This document shows positions 9,801 to 19,206 of a stretch of DNA of 64,000 nt, in pieces (the first letter of the stretch is position 1; the number at the start of each line of letters is the position of its first letter). The stretch is from Candidatus Omnitrophota bacterium (GTDB taxonomy: Bacteria; Omnitrophota; Gorgyraeia; Gygaellales; Profunditerraquicolaceae): contig JAUYBI010000049.1 of assembly GCA_030693145.1 (NCBI GenBank), positions 7,305 through 71,304 of the forward strand, given 5' to 3'. Below the pieces are notes generated by a model that had not been told where the DNA came from, did no database searches, and was given only the letters and a program-made list of their open reading frames with translations. A program made the position numbers and the translations under genes.

Positions 9801-11137
9801 AAGATTGGCTGGGCACAGACTTAAAATATGTTTGGCATCCTTATACTCAAGCCAAGGAAGCGTTGCGCCTGAGGCCGGTTTTAATTGAAAGAGCCAAGGG
9901 AATCAAACTCTATGACGTAAAAGGCAATTTCTATTACGATACTATTTCCAGCTGGTGGTGTAATGTCCACGGGCATAATCATCCGCGGATAAAAGCCGCG
10001 ATTAAGCAACAGGTCAATCTTCTGGAGCATGTGTTGTTTGCCGGTTTTACCCACAAACCGGCGATTGAACTGTCCAGCAAGCTGATTGCCCTGACGAAAA
10101 ATAAGTTTAACCGGGTGTTTTTTTCGGATAACGGCTCAACCAGCGTTGAGGTGGCCTTAAAGATGTCATTTCAATATTGGCAGAATATTGGCCGGAAAAG
10201 GAAGACAAAGTTTGTTTCCCTTGATCATGGTTATCACGGAGATACAATCGGCACGATGAGCGTAAGCGGTTTAGATCTTTTTAACGCGGTATTTTCTCCT
10301 TTATTGTTCGCCGCATATAAAGTACCGTCTCCTTATTGTTACCGTTGCCCGATGAAAAAAAGGAGGTTTACTTGTGTGATTGATTGTATAAAACCGTTGG
10401 AAAGATTACTGCAGGAGAAACACGCAGAGATCTGCGCTTTGATCATTGAGCCTTTGGTGCTGGGGGCTGCCGGGATGATTATTTATCCCAAAGAATATTT
10501 AGAAAAAGCTGCTTGTTTGGCGAAAAAATACAAAATCCATCTTATCTTGGATGAGGTGGCTGTTGGTTTTGGCCGTACAGGAAAGATGTTTGCCTATGAG
10601 CATACGCCCGGCATCAAGGCAGATTTTCTCTGTCTTTCCAAAGGCATAACTTCCGGGTATCTTCCACTGGCGGTAACTTTGACTACGGAGGAGGTATTTC
10701 GGGCGTTTTACGGGGATTATGAAAAAAGGAAGACATTTTTCCATGGGCATACTTATACCGCTAATCCGGTTTCCTGCTCTGCCGGCTTGGCGAGCTTGAG
10801 CATCTTTAAAGAAGAAAAAACATTGCCGAAAGCAAGAAAGTTAATGCCTTTTTTTCATCGGGAACTGGAAAAATTCAGGGATTTAGATTTAGTAGGAGAT
10901 GTGCGCTATATCGGATTTATCGGAGCAATAGAATTGGTTAAGGATAAAAAGACAAAAGAGGGTTTTGGGCTTAAAAGAAGGCTGGGTTTAGAAGTTTACA
11001 AGAGAGGGCTTAAAGAACATCTTGTGCTCAGGCCGTTGGGTGATATAATTTATCTGTTTTTGCCGCTTTGTGCGTCTCAGGCGGAAATTAAGGATATTTT
11101 AAAAAGGACTTATTCCGTAATTAAATCTTTATCTTAA
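9797..11137 (+). CDS. bioA: adenosylmethionine--8-amino-7-oxononanoate aminotransferase
   Basis: 446 aa class-III aminotransferase; LDEVAVGFGRTGKMFA PLP-lysine region; start overlaps bioD stop. Confidence 0.85.
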   Translation: MKDWLGTDLKYVWHPYTQAKEALRLRPVLIERAKGIKLYDVKGNFYYDTISSWWCNVHGHNHPRIKAAIKQQVNLLEHVLFAGFTHKPAIELSSKLIALTKNKFNRVFFSDNGSTSVEVALKMSFQYWQNIGRKRKTKFVSLDHGYHGDTIGTMSVSGLDLFNAVFSPLLFAAYKVPSPYCYRCPMKKRRFTCVIDCIKPLERLLQEKHAEICALIIEPLVLGAAGMIIYPKEYLEKAACLAKKYKIHLILDEVAVGFGRTGKMFAYEHTPGIKADFLCLSKGITSGYLPLAVTLTTEEVFRAFYGDYEKRKTFFHGHTYTANPVSCSAGLASLSIFKEEKTLPKARKLMPFFHRELEKFRDLDLVGDVRYIGFIGAIELVKDKKTKEGFGLKRRLGLEVYKRGLKEHLVLRPLGDIIYLFLPLCASQAEIKDILKRTYSVIKSLS

Positions 11138-11157
11138 AAGGCGCGTGGTAATATTTA

Positions 11158-11185
11158 TTGACAAGCAGCCAGATTATTATATAAT
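11158..11185 (+). promoter_or_regulatory. sigma70-type promoter upstream of cspA (TTGACA-16-TATAAT)
   Basis: TTGACA at 11158-11163, TATAAT at 11180-11185. Confidence 0.5.
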
Positions 11186-11220
11186 TTCTTCGTAGTAAGC
11201 AAGGGGGTAGAAGTCTCCAA

Positions 11221-11258
11221 CCGTAAGGAGAAAGAATAACACGCCTTACGGTTTTTTT
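11221..11258 (+). promoter_or_regulatory. hairpin + U-tract in cspA 5' leader (attenuator/thermosensor candidate)
   Basis: CCGTAAGG..CCTTACGG stem followed by TTTTTTT, located between the predicted promoter and the cspA RBS. Confidence 0.4.
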
Positions 11259-11281
11259 GTGGAAAGGAGGAAGCAGAGAAA

Positions 11282-11482
11282 ATGGCAAAGGGTAAAGTAA
11301 AGTGGTTTTCCAATCAAAAGGGTTATGGTTTTATTACTCCTGAGAATGGCGCGGATGTGTTTGTGCATCATACCGCGATTCAGGGTGATGGCTATAAAAC
11401 TCTCGAGGAGGGCCAGGAGGTGGAGTTTGAGATTGAAAAAGGCCCCAAAGGTGAACAAGCTACTAAAGTAGTGAAGTTATAA
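11282..11482 (+). CDS. cspA: cold-shock protein (CspA family)
   Basis: 66 aa, [17 protein letters not shown]-1 and VFVHH RNP-2 motifs. Confidence 0.95.
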   Translation: MAKGKVKWFSNQKGYGFITPENGADVFVHHTAIQGDGYKTLEEGQEVEFEIEKGPKGEQATKVVKL

Positions 11483-11501
11483 CCTAATCAGGAATAAATA
11501 A

Positions 11502-11583
11502 AGGGGACGGTTCTATTTTTTATTGCGGTAGGGGAGGTTTAAACCTCCCCTACAGTTGAAAGAAAAATAGAAGCGTCCCTTTT
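11502..11583. repeat. palindromic hairpin element (copy 3) with nested GGTTTAAACC hairpin
   Basis: GGGACGGTTCTATTTTTT ... AAAAATAGAAGCGTCCC arms enclosing GTAGGGGAGGTTTAAACCTCCCCTAC (11527-11553). Confidence 0.75.
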
Positions 11584-11596
11584 ATTTTCTGCTATA

Positions 11597-12673
11597 ATGA
11601 AAATTATGAAAAAATTTGTAGCGGTAGCCATGAGTGGCGGGGTTGATTCTTCAGTAGCCGCAGCTTTATTAAAAGAGCAGGGTTATGAGGTAATCGGCCT
11701 GACTATGTGTTTCAATCTGGCAGAGAAGAATGGCCGCAAACCCAGTTGTTGCGGTTTAACCGGAATTGAGGATGCGCGCCGGGTTTGTCAAAAGCTGGGG
11801 ATTAGGCATTATGTTTTAAACTTGAATAAAGATTTTTCCCGGGAGGTAATTCAAAATTTTTATCAGGAGTATCTTTGCGGCCGGACCCCCAATCCTTGTG
11901 TTCGATGTAATCAATTTATAAAATTCGGCATTTTACTTAAAAAGGCGATTAATTTAGGAGTGCAATTTCTGGCTACCGGCCATTATGCCCGGATTGTAAA
12001 ATCTCCACAGGGATATCTGCTGAAGAAAGCCAAGGACCTTAAAAAAGATCAATCTTATTTTCTCTATCGTTTAACCCAGGCGCAGCTTAAACATGTAATT
12101 TTTCCTTTAGGCAATTTTACTAAACCTAAAGTAAGGCAGTTGGCTTCTGATTTCGGGCTGAAAGTGGCAGAAAAACAAGACAGCCAGGAGATTTGTTTTT
12201 TACCTGACGGCAAATACGGTGATTTTATTAAAGCCAAAGGGCAAGGCGGTGTTCAGCCGGGAAAGCTTATCGATAGAAATGGAAATATTTTGGGTGCACA
12301 TCAGGGAATAGCATTTTATACCATTGGCCAGCGTCACGGACTGGGGATTACTACGGGATATCCTCTCTATGTAACGCAGATTAATGCCCGGGATAATCGG
12401 GTGAGCGTAGGCAGGCGCCAGGAGGTTTATAAAAGTGAATTTATTATAAAAGAGAGGCATTTTTTGGGTAAACCTCCTAAAAAGAAGATTGAGATTAAGG
12501 TGCGGATACGCTATAATCATAAAGAAATGCCGGCCGTTATTTATCCGGCTAAAGATAAGCTCAAGGTAATTTTTAAGCATCCGCAGTTTGCCATCACTCC
12601 CGGACAATCTGCAGTTTTTTACGATAAAGATACAGTTTTAGGCGGAGGAATAATTCAAAAGGTTATTGCTTAA
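11597..12673 (+). CDS. mnmA: tRNA-specific 2-thiouridylase
   Basis: PP-loop SGGVDSSVAA, conserved Cys (CVRCN), ~358 aa. Confidence 0.85.
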   Translation: MKIMKKFVAVAMSGGVDSSVAAALLKEQGYEVIGLTMCFNLAEKNGRKPSCCGLTGIEDARRVCQKLGIRHYVLNLNKDFSREVIQNFYQEYLCGRTPNPCVRCNQFIKFGILLKKAINLGVQFLATGHYARIVKSPQGYLLKKAKDLKKDQSYFLYRLTQAQLKHVIFPLGNFTKPKVRQLASDFGLKVAEKQDSQEICFLPDGKYGDFIKAKGQGGVQPGKLIDRNGNILGAHQGIAFYTIGQRHGLGITTGYPLYVTQINARDNRVSVGRRQEVYKSEFIIKERHFLGKPPKKKIEIKVRIRYNHKEMPAVIYPAKDKLKVIFKHPQFAITPGQSAVFYDKDTVLGGGIIQKVIA

Positions 12674-12674
12674 A

Positions 12675-13592
12675 ATGATCAAGGAAGACAAAAGGTTAGT
12701 CAATAAGATCAAAGAATTAAAGAAAAAACGCAACGCCATCATTCTGGCGCATAATTATCAATTACCGGAGGTTCAGGATATCGCGGATTTCCGCGGGGAT
12801 TCCCTGGAGCTTTCCCGGATTGCCGCCAAAACCGAAGCCGAAGTAATTGTTTTCTGCGGAGTTTATTTTATGGCCGAGACCGCTTCTATCCTTTCTCCGG
12901 ATAAATTAGTAATTATGCCGGATGTGTCCGCGGGCTGCCCCATGGCGAATATGATGAATGCTGATGATTTAAGGAAGCTTAAAAGAGAGCATCCCGGCGC
13001 AGTCGCGGTAGGCTATGTCAATACTTCTGCGGCGGTTAAAGCCGAGTTAGATTATTGCTGCACCTCGACGAATGCGGTGGCGGTAGTTAATGCGCTTAAA
13101 AATGAAAAAGAAATAATTTTTGTTCCGGATAAATATTTGGCCGACTATGTTTCCAAAAAGAGCGGCAGGAAACTAATTTCTTGGCATGGATTTTGCCCGA
13201 CGCATGTTAAAATATTGCCTGAGGATTTAAAGCGGGAAAAAAAGTTTCATCCTCAGGCCAAGGTGATGGTGCACCCGGAATGTTTGGCCTCGGTAGTGGC
13301 TTTAGCCGATGCCGTGCTTTCTACCAGTCAGATGGCCAAATATGCCAGCCAAGATCCGGCGAAAGAATTTATTGTGGGCACGGAGTCCGGGTTGATCTAC
13401 CGGCTTAAGCAGGATAATCCAACTAAAGAATTTTATTTAGCCAGCGAACGCGCGGTCTGCCCGAACATGAAACGCACTACGCAGGAAAAAGTACTTTGGG
13501 CTCTAGAGGAGCTTAAGGATGAAGTCAGGGTTCCTGAAGAGATTAGAAAAAAAGCGCGCCTGGCTATTGAGCGCATGCTAAAAATTATTTAA
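12675..13592 (+). CDS. nadA: quinolinate synthase
   Basis: ~305 aa, ILAHNYQ motif and conserved Cys residues typical of NadA; ATG 12675 (ORF track TTG 12666). Confidence 0.8.
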   Translation: MIKEDKRLVNKIKELKKKRNAIILAHNYQLPEVQDIADFRGDSLELSRIAAKTEAEVIVFCGVYFMAETASILSPDKLVIMPDVSAGCPMANMMNADDLRKLKREHPGAVAVGYVNTSAAVKAELDYCCTSTNAVAVVNALKNEKEIIFVPDKYLADYVSKKSGRKLISWHGFCPTHVKILPEDLKREKKFHPQAKVMVHPECLASVVALADAVLSTSQMAKYASQDPAKEFIVGTESGLIYRLKQDNPTKEFYLASERAVCPNMKRTTQEKVLWALEELKDEVRVPEEIRKKARLAIERMLKII

Positions 13593-14219
13593 TTGAATAT
13601 TCCGGTTATTTTTGAGGATGATTGGCTGTTGGTGGTAAATAAACCCGCGGGATTGTTAAGCGTTCAGACGCCTAAGCATGAAGCGCGTACCCTGACTAGT
13701 ATCTTAAATCAGGATGCAGAAGGCCGGGGCCTAAAGTATCGCCTGCACCCTTGCCATCGCCTGGACCGGGAAACTTCGGGGCTCCTGATTTATGCTAAAG
13801 GCAAGAGTATCGAGCAAAAATTGATCGGCGCCTTTAGAGACAGGTTGGTGGGTAAAAAATATATCGCTTTTGTGCATGGAAAATTATCCCGGAAGCAAGG
13901 AACGATTAGTTCGGCGGTTGAAGGAAAAAGCGCGCTTACCCGCTACAAGGTCATCCAGGAAAAAAGCAATTATAGCGTTGTAGAGGTTTCTCCGGTTACC
14001 GGCCGGACGAATCAGATACGCATTCATTTTAAGAATATTCAGCACCCTCTGGTGGGAGAGGATAAATTTGTTTTTCGTAAAGATTTTGCTTTACGTTTTA
14101 AGCGCGTCTGCTTAGAAGCCCAAGAGTTAAATTTTAAACATCCAGTCACCGGTAAGGACTTAAACATTAGTATTGATTTAGCGCCGGATCTAGCCAAATT
14201 TTTAAAAGAGCATGAATAA
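13593..14219 (+). CDS. pseudouridine synthase, RluA family
   Basis: HRLDRETSGLL catalytic-Asp motif; TTG start directly after nadA stop. Confidence 0.75.
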   Translation: MNIPVIFEDDWLLVVNKPAGLLSVQTPKHEARTLTSILNQDAEGRGLKYRLHPCHRLDRETSGLLIYAKGKSIEQKLIGAFRDRLVGKKYIAFVHGKLSRKQGTISSAVEGKSALTRYKVIQEKSNYSVVEVSPVTGRTNQIRIHFKNIQHPLVGEDKFVFRKDFALRFKRVCLEAQELNFKHPVTGKDLNISIDLAPDLAKFLKEHE

Positions 14220-14676
14220 TATTGCTAATTTAATTTTTATCTTCGGGGCAAAATATTTATACCTGCTGGTGATGGTTATTGCTTTTGTTTGGTTTTGGAT
14301 TCAACCTTGGCCCAGGAAGAAAGAAATCCTGATTATTTTTTGCATTTGCCTGCCGCTGGTTTTTGTCATTTCCAAGATCGCCGGTTATCTTTATTATAAT
14401 CCGCGGCCATTTGTCGCAGGGCATTTTAAACCCTTAATTTACCATATTGCGGATAATGGTTTTCCGTCACACCATACGTTGTTAGTTTCGGCAATTGCGG
14501 CGGTGATTTCTCTCTTTAGCCGGCGCATTGGTTTGATATTGTGGATTTTGGCATTAGGCGTGGGTTTTTCCCGGGTCTATGTTGGAGTGCATCATGTAGT
14601 TGATATCATGGGGAGTATACTAATTTCAATTATTTCGGTAACCTTGGTTTATAAATTTTTCAGGAGGATGAAGTGA
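14212..14676 (+). CDS. PAP2-family membrane phosphatase (undecaprenyl-diphosphatase-like)
   Basis: 4 TM segments; PSHHT and SRVYVGVHHVVD phosphatase motifs. Confidence 0.7.
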   Translation: MNNIANLIFIFGAKYLYLLVMVIAFVWFWIQPWPRKKEILIIFCICLPLVFVISKIAGYLYYNPRPFVAGHFKPLIYHIADNGFPSHHTLLVSAIAAVISLFSRRIGLILWILALGVGFSRVYVGVHHVVDIMGSILISIISVTLVYKFFRRMK

Positions 14677-15572
14677 GCATAATTGTCCTGGGTACTGTGG
14701 CACTGGATAGCGTAAAAACTCCTTTTGGCAGGCGTAAAGAGCTGTTGGGAGGTTCGGCGGCGCATTTTTCGATGGCCGCCAGGCTTTTTACCGGTGTCAA
14801 TTTGATTGCGATTGTGGGCAGTGATTTCCCGCGAAAGCATATTTCCTTCTTAAGGAGTAAAGGGCTTAATCTTAGCTCTTTGATTATGGATAAGGGAAAA
14901 ACTTTCAGATGGGAAGGTGAATATCAGGGGGATTTAAATTCCGCGCTTACTTTAAATACCCAGCTGGGCGTGTTATCCGTATTTAAACCGCAGATCTCCG
15001 AAGCGCAGCGCAAGATCGAGAATATATTCTTAGCCAATGTCGATCCGGATATCCAGGAGCATCTTTTAACGAAGATGCATTCTCCAAAATTAGTGGGCCT
15101 AGACAGTATGAACTATTGGATTAATACCAAGCGCAAAGAGTTGATTAAATTACTTAAGCATATAGATATTTATGTGGCCAATGATCAGGAGGCGCGCACA
15201 TTAAGCGGTGAAAGTAATTTGATTAAGGCGGCCAAGGGCTTGTGTTCTTTGGGGCCGAAGATGGTCTTGATAAAAAAAGGCGAGCACGGGGTTATTTTTT
15301 ACAATAAAAAATTTACTTTTTCTCTTCCGGCGTATCCGGTGGAAAAAGTAATTGATCCTACCGGAGCCGGAGATACTTTTGCCGGGGGGTTTATGGGTTA
15401 TTTGACTAAGGCGGCCAAGGTTAATTCTCTGGCCATCAAGAAGGCTTTAGCCTACGGGACAGTTGCCGCTTCTTTTAACGTGGAAGATTTTGGTTTGTAT
15501 AGGACAAGCAAGCTTACCCGGGGAGATTTAGAAAGGCGCTTAACTAAGTTCAAGGATTGTTTTTCTTTTTAA
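14673..15572 (+). CDS. PfkB-family carbohydrate kinase
   Basis: DPTGAGDTFAGGF signature near C-terminus, 299 aa. Confidence 0.75.
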   Translation: MSIIVLGTVALDSVKTPFGRRKELLGGSAAHFSMAARLFTGVNLIAIVGSDFPRKHISFLRSKGLNLSSLIMDKGKTFRWEGEYQGDLNSALTLNTQLGVLSVFKPQISEAQRKIENIFLANVDPDIQEHLLTKMHSPKLVGLDSMNYWINTKRKELIKLLKHIDIYVANDQEARTLSGESNLIKAAKGLCSLGPKMVLIKKGEHGVIFYNKKFTFSLPAYPVEKVIDPTGAGDTFAGGFMGYLTKAAKVNSLAIKKALAYGTVAASFNVEDFGLYRTSKLTRGDLERRLTKFKDCFSF

Positions 15573-15604
15573 CTTTATCATCAGAAAAGGGGAGGAGAGC
15601 GATC

Positions 15605-16057
15605 ATGTTGGCAGAAAAGATTTTTAATGATTATAAAGAGGCGATGAAGGCCAGGGATACCCTGAAAAGTTCCGTTTTAAGTTTCTTGCGGGCGGACATG
15701 CTTAATCAGGCAACCACCATGAAAAAAGATAAGTTGCTGGATGCGGAAGTTATTGTCGTTATAAAAAAACAAATCAAGCAGCGGCAGGATTCTATCCAAC
15801 AGTTTACCAGCGGCGGGAGGCTGGAAGCGGCAGAAAAAGAGAAGAAAGAATCAGAGATCCTTAAGGGTTATCTGCCTGCGGAGTTATCCGCCGAGCAAAT
15901 TAAGAGCCTGATGGAAGAAGCGATCATTTCCACCGGGGCCAAGGACATAAAGGATATGGGCCGCTTGATGAAAGAGCTGACGGCTAAGCTTGCCGGGCAG
16001 GCTGATGGCAAGTTAGTAAGTGATCTGGTAAAGCAAAGGTTAAGCAGTCCTTCCTAA
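15605..16057 (+). CDS. GatB/YqeY domain-containing protein
   Basis: ~150 aa; start after GGAGGAG RBS. Confidence 0.65.
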   Translation: MLAEKIFNDYKEAMKARDTLKSSVLSFLRADMLNQATTMKKDKLLDAEVIVVIKKQIKQRQDSIQQFTSGGRLEAAEKEKKESEILKGYLPAELSAEQIKSLMEEAIISTGAKDIKDMGRLMKELTAKLAGQADGKLVSDLVKQRLSSPS

Positions 16058-16060
16058 AAT

Positions 16061-16088
16061 AGTAGTGCAGGTTTAAACCTGCACTACT
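16061..16088. repeat. GGTTTAAACC-core hairpin (copy 2)
   Basis: AGTAGTGCAGGTTTAAACCTGCACTACT, perfect palindrome immediately after yqeY stop. Confidence 0.75.
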
Positions 16089-16107
16089 ACTACAAGAAAG
16101 CTTAAGC

Positions 16108-17301
16108 ATGTTTTCTTCATTGAAAGTAAAATATTTCCGGATATATTGGTTGGGTATGTTTGTATCTTTAGTGGGTACCTGGATACAAACCGTGGCGCAG
16201 AGCTGGCTGGTGTTTCAACTTACTAACTCGGCTTTTCTTTTAGGGGTGGTGGGTTTTTTAGGTTCCATTCCGATATTTATTCTTTCCTTATTCGGAGGAG
16301 TTTTGGCGGATAGGATAAATAAAAGAAATATACTAATTTTCACCCAGGCCGCTTTTATGTTGCTGGCATTTTTATTGGCAGTTTTGACCCAATTTAGATT
16401 TATTACGCCGGCGCAGATTATGTTTATTGCCCTGCTTAATGGGGTGATTATGGCTTTTGATGCCCCGGCCAGGCAGTCGATAGTGGTGGAGCTGGTGGGC
16501 AGAGAACATCTTTTTAATGCGATTGCTTTAAACTCGGTGGCTTTTAATTCTTCGCGGATTATCGGCCCGGCGATTGCCGGCGTGTTAATTTCGGTAATCG
16601 GAATGAGCGGGTGTTTTTATTTAAACGGGATTAGTTTTCTGGCGGTAATTATTGCGCTTTTTTATATTAAGTTTGGCAAAAGCACAGTGCGCAACGGTAA
16701 TTCCGCGTTCAGGGACATTAAAGAAGGGTTGGGTTTTGTTAGTGGTAATCGTCTTATTATAGCCTTAATGAGCGTGGTTGCAGCGATGAGCCTTTTTGGT
16801 GTTTCTTATATCATACTTATGCCGGTTTTTGCCAGCCATGTGCTTGGCGTAGGAGTAAAAGGTTTGGGGGTGCTTATGTCCAGCACCGGAATTGGCGCAT
16901 TGGCGGGAGCGTTAGGCTTAGCCAAGCTGGGCGATTTTAAATTTAAGGGCAGGCTTTTGATTTGGTCGGTATTTTTATTTTCTGTTTCCCTGGTAACCTT
17001 TTCATTATCTAAAAATTACCTCCTGTCTATTTTTACTTTAATTTTTGTAGGTGGTTGCAGCGTTATTCCGATTGCCCTAGTGAATACCTTATTGCAGGTT
17101 AATGTGCCGGATGAATTTCGCGGCAGGGTGATGAGCCTGTTTATGATTACCTTTGCCGGGGTGGTGCCGTTCGGGAATTTAATTTCCGGGACACTGGCGC
17201 AATCCTGGGGGGTATCGGCAGCTCTTTTTTTCTGCGGCCTGGTATGCCTGGTATTATTTACATTGATTATTTTTTTGTTTCCGGGGTTGAAAAGATTATA
17301 A
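16108..17301 (+). CDS. MFS transporter
   Basis: 397 aa, ~12 TM helices, GGVLADRINKR loop 2-3 motif. Confidence 0.75.
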   Translation: MFSSLKVKYFRIYWLGMFVSLVGTWIQTVAQSWLVFQLTNSAFLLGVVGFLGSIPIFILSLFGGVLADRINKRNILIFTQAAFMLLAFLLAVLTQFRFITPAQIMFIALLNGVIMAFDAPARQSIVVELVGREHLFNAIALNSVAFNSSRIIGPAIAGVLISVIGMSGCFYLNGISFLAVIIALFYIKFGKSTVRNGNSAFRDIKEGLGFVSGNRLIIALMSVVAAMSLFGVSYIILMPVFASHVLGVGVKGLGVLMSSTGIGALAGALGLAKLGDFKFKGRLLIWSVFLFSVSLVTFSLSKNYLLSIFTLIFVGGCSVIPIALVNTLLQVNVPDEFRGRVMSLFMITFAGVVPFGNLISGTLAQSWGVSAALFFCGLVCLVLFTLIIFLFPGLKRL

Positions 17302-17447
17302 GATGCTTGATTTATTTTTAAATTTTGTTAGAATTAACTTTGATAAGCCTGCCTGCCGGCAGGCAGGGAGGTGAACAGGTTCCGGCAATTTAAAAACAAC
17401 AAAACGTCATAATAATCAATTTGATAAAGTATAGAGAGGAGAGAGGT

Positions 17448-17891
17448 ATGAAGAGGGTATTGAATTTTGGAATAGCGGTTTTAGTTTTGGCAGCATTATC
17501 TGGTTGTAGTAAAAAGCAGCAGGATGAGGAGTTGCAGCCTATTACCATGGAATCTTTAAGTACGGCAGATGGCCCTATTCAGGCTGCGCCGGAGCTCAAG
17601 GCTCCAGAAACTAAAATTTTAACGACGAGTACAACTGCTCCGGCTAAAGAACTGTTGCCTTTACCGCCCTCAGGCCCGTATAAACCGACAGGTATTGAAA
17701 TCCAGACGGCTTTAAAGAACGCGGGTTTCTATGCTGGTAAAATCGACGGAAATATTGGCCCGAAGAGTAAGAAGTCCATCGAGGACTTCCAGAAGGAAAA
17801 TGGTTTAAAAGTTGATGGCAGGGTCGGCCCAAAAACCTGGGAAGCGATGAGTAAATATTCCAATACGGCAGTTAAGCCGGTTAAACGCTAG
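17448..17891 (+). CDS. lipoprotein with C-terminal peptidoglycan-binding domain
   Basis: Signal peptide + lipobox LSGC; C-terminal PG_binding_1-like repeat (IQTALKNAGFYAGKIDGNIGPKSKKSIEDFQKENGLKVDGRVGPKTW). Confidence 0.65.
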   Translation: MKRVLNFGIAVLVLAALSGCSKKQQDEELQPITMESLSTADGPIQAAPELKAPETKILTTSTTAPAKELLPLPPSGPYKPTGIEIQTALKNAGFYAGKIDGNIGPKSKKSIEDFQKENGLKVDGRVGPKTWEAMSKYSNTAVKPVKR

Positions 17892-17988
17892 CCTGAAAGT
17901 TCCATCCGGAGAAATAGTTTTGTTTAAAGATAATCCCAGCATTTTATGTTGGGATTATCTTTTTCCCGGTGCTATAATATAACCCTAT

Positions 17989-19206
17989 ATGCATAAATTT
18001 CCGCAAGCCTTTCTTTGGGGTGCAGCAACTTCGGCGCATCAGGTTGAGGGCCAGAATATTTATAACGACTGGTGGCAAGCTGAGCAGGGCCATTTCTTAA
18101 AAGAAGCTTCCCATTCAGCCTGCAAGCATTATGAACTTTACGCGGAAGATTTCGCCATCGCTAAACAACTTAATCATAACTGTCATCGTTTTTCCATAGA
18201 ATGGAGCCGAGTTGAGCCGTCTGAGGGGAACTTCCAGCCTTTAGAGATCGAGCACTACCGTAAAATTATTGCGGATTTAAAGAGCAAAGGAATAGAGCCG
18301 ATAGTTACCCTGCATCATTTTACCAATCCTATCTGGTTTAGCCAAAAAGGCGGCTGGACTAAATTCAAGCTGCAAAGGTATTTCTTGCGTTTTGTAGATA
18401 AAATAGTCAGGGAGTTTGCGGACCAGGTAAAGTTCTGGATAACCATCAATGAGCCGCTGGTTTATTCTTCACATGCTTATCTCTTAGGTGCTTGGCCTCC
18501 CGGAGAGTGTTCATTATTTAAGACGGCTAAAGTAACCCTGAATTTAGCCCAAGCGCATATTAAAGCTTACCGGATAATACACAAAATTTATCGTCAAAAG
18601 GCCTTAGCCCGTCCGATGGTTAGTATCGCGGCTAATTTACAGGCCTTTGAGATTTGCCAGCCGACATTAAAAAATAAATTGGCCTCCTACCTGCGGAATA
18701 AATTATATAATTTTTATTTTATCGATACACTCCTGCGCGCCAAAACCCTGGATTACATCGGAATTAATTATTACGGCCGGAACCTGGTGGATGCGCGCAG
18801 CTGGCGGATCAGGGATTTATTGCTGCGGACTTGTCAAGATAATCACTATCCGTTGCGTAAAAATTCTTTAGGCTGGGATATCTATCCGGAGGGATTGTTT
18901 AAGTTGCTGATTACCACGAAGAAGTATAATCTGCCAGTTTTGATCACTGAAAATGGTATCTGTACTGAAGATGATGATTTAAGATGGGATTATATTCGTG
19001 AGCATCTGGAGCAGTTGCAGCGGGCTATCGGCCAGGGGGTTAGAGTTTTAGGGTATATTTATTGGTCGCTGATAGATAACTTTGAGTGGGATAAGGGTTT
19101 TGCCCCCCGTTTTGGCCTGGTGCATGTGGATTATCAAAATTATAAACGCACGATTAAAGCCAGCGCGATGAAACTGGCGGAAGTTTCTAAAAGCGGTGAA
19201 ATTTAA
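17989..19206 (+). CDS. glycoside hydrolase family 1 (beta-glucosidase)
   Basis: FLWGAATSAHQVEG N-terminal signature, TINEP acid/base and ITENG nucleophile motifs. Confidence 0.85.
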   Translation: MHKFPQAFLWGAATSAHQVEGQNIYNDWWQAEQGHFLKEASHSACKHYELYAEDFAIAKQLNHNCHRFSIEWSRVEPSEGNFQPLEIEHYRKIIADLKSKGIEPIVTLHHFTNPIWFSQKGGWTKFKLQRYFLRFVDKIVREFADQVKFWITINEPLVYSSHAYLLGAWPPGECSLFKTAKVTLNLAQAHIKAYRIIHKIYRQKALARPMVSIAANLQAFEICQPTLKNKLASYLRNKLYNFYFIDTLLRAKTLDYIGINYYGRNLVDARSWRIRDLLLRTCQDNHYPLRKNSLGWDIYPEGLFKLLITTKKYNLPVLITENGICTEDDDLRWDYIREHLEQLQRAIGQGVRVLGYIYWSLIDNFEWDKGFAPRFGLVHVDYQNYKRTIKASAMKLAEVSKSGEI

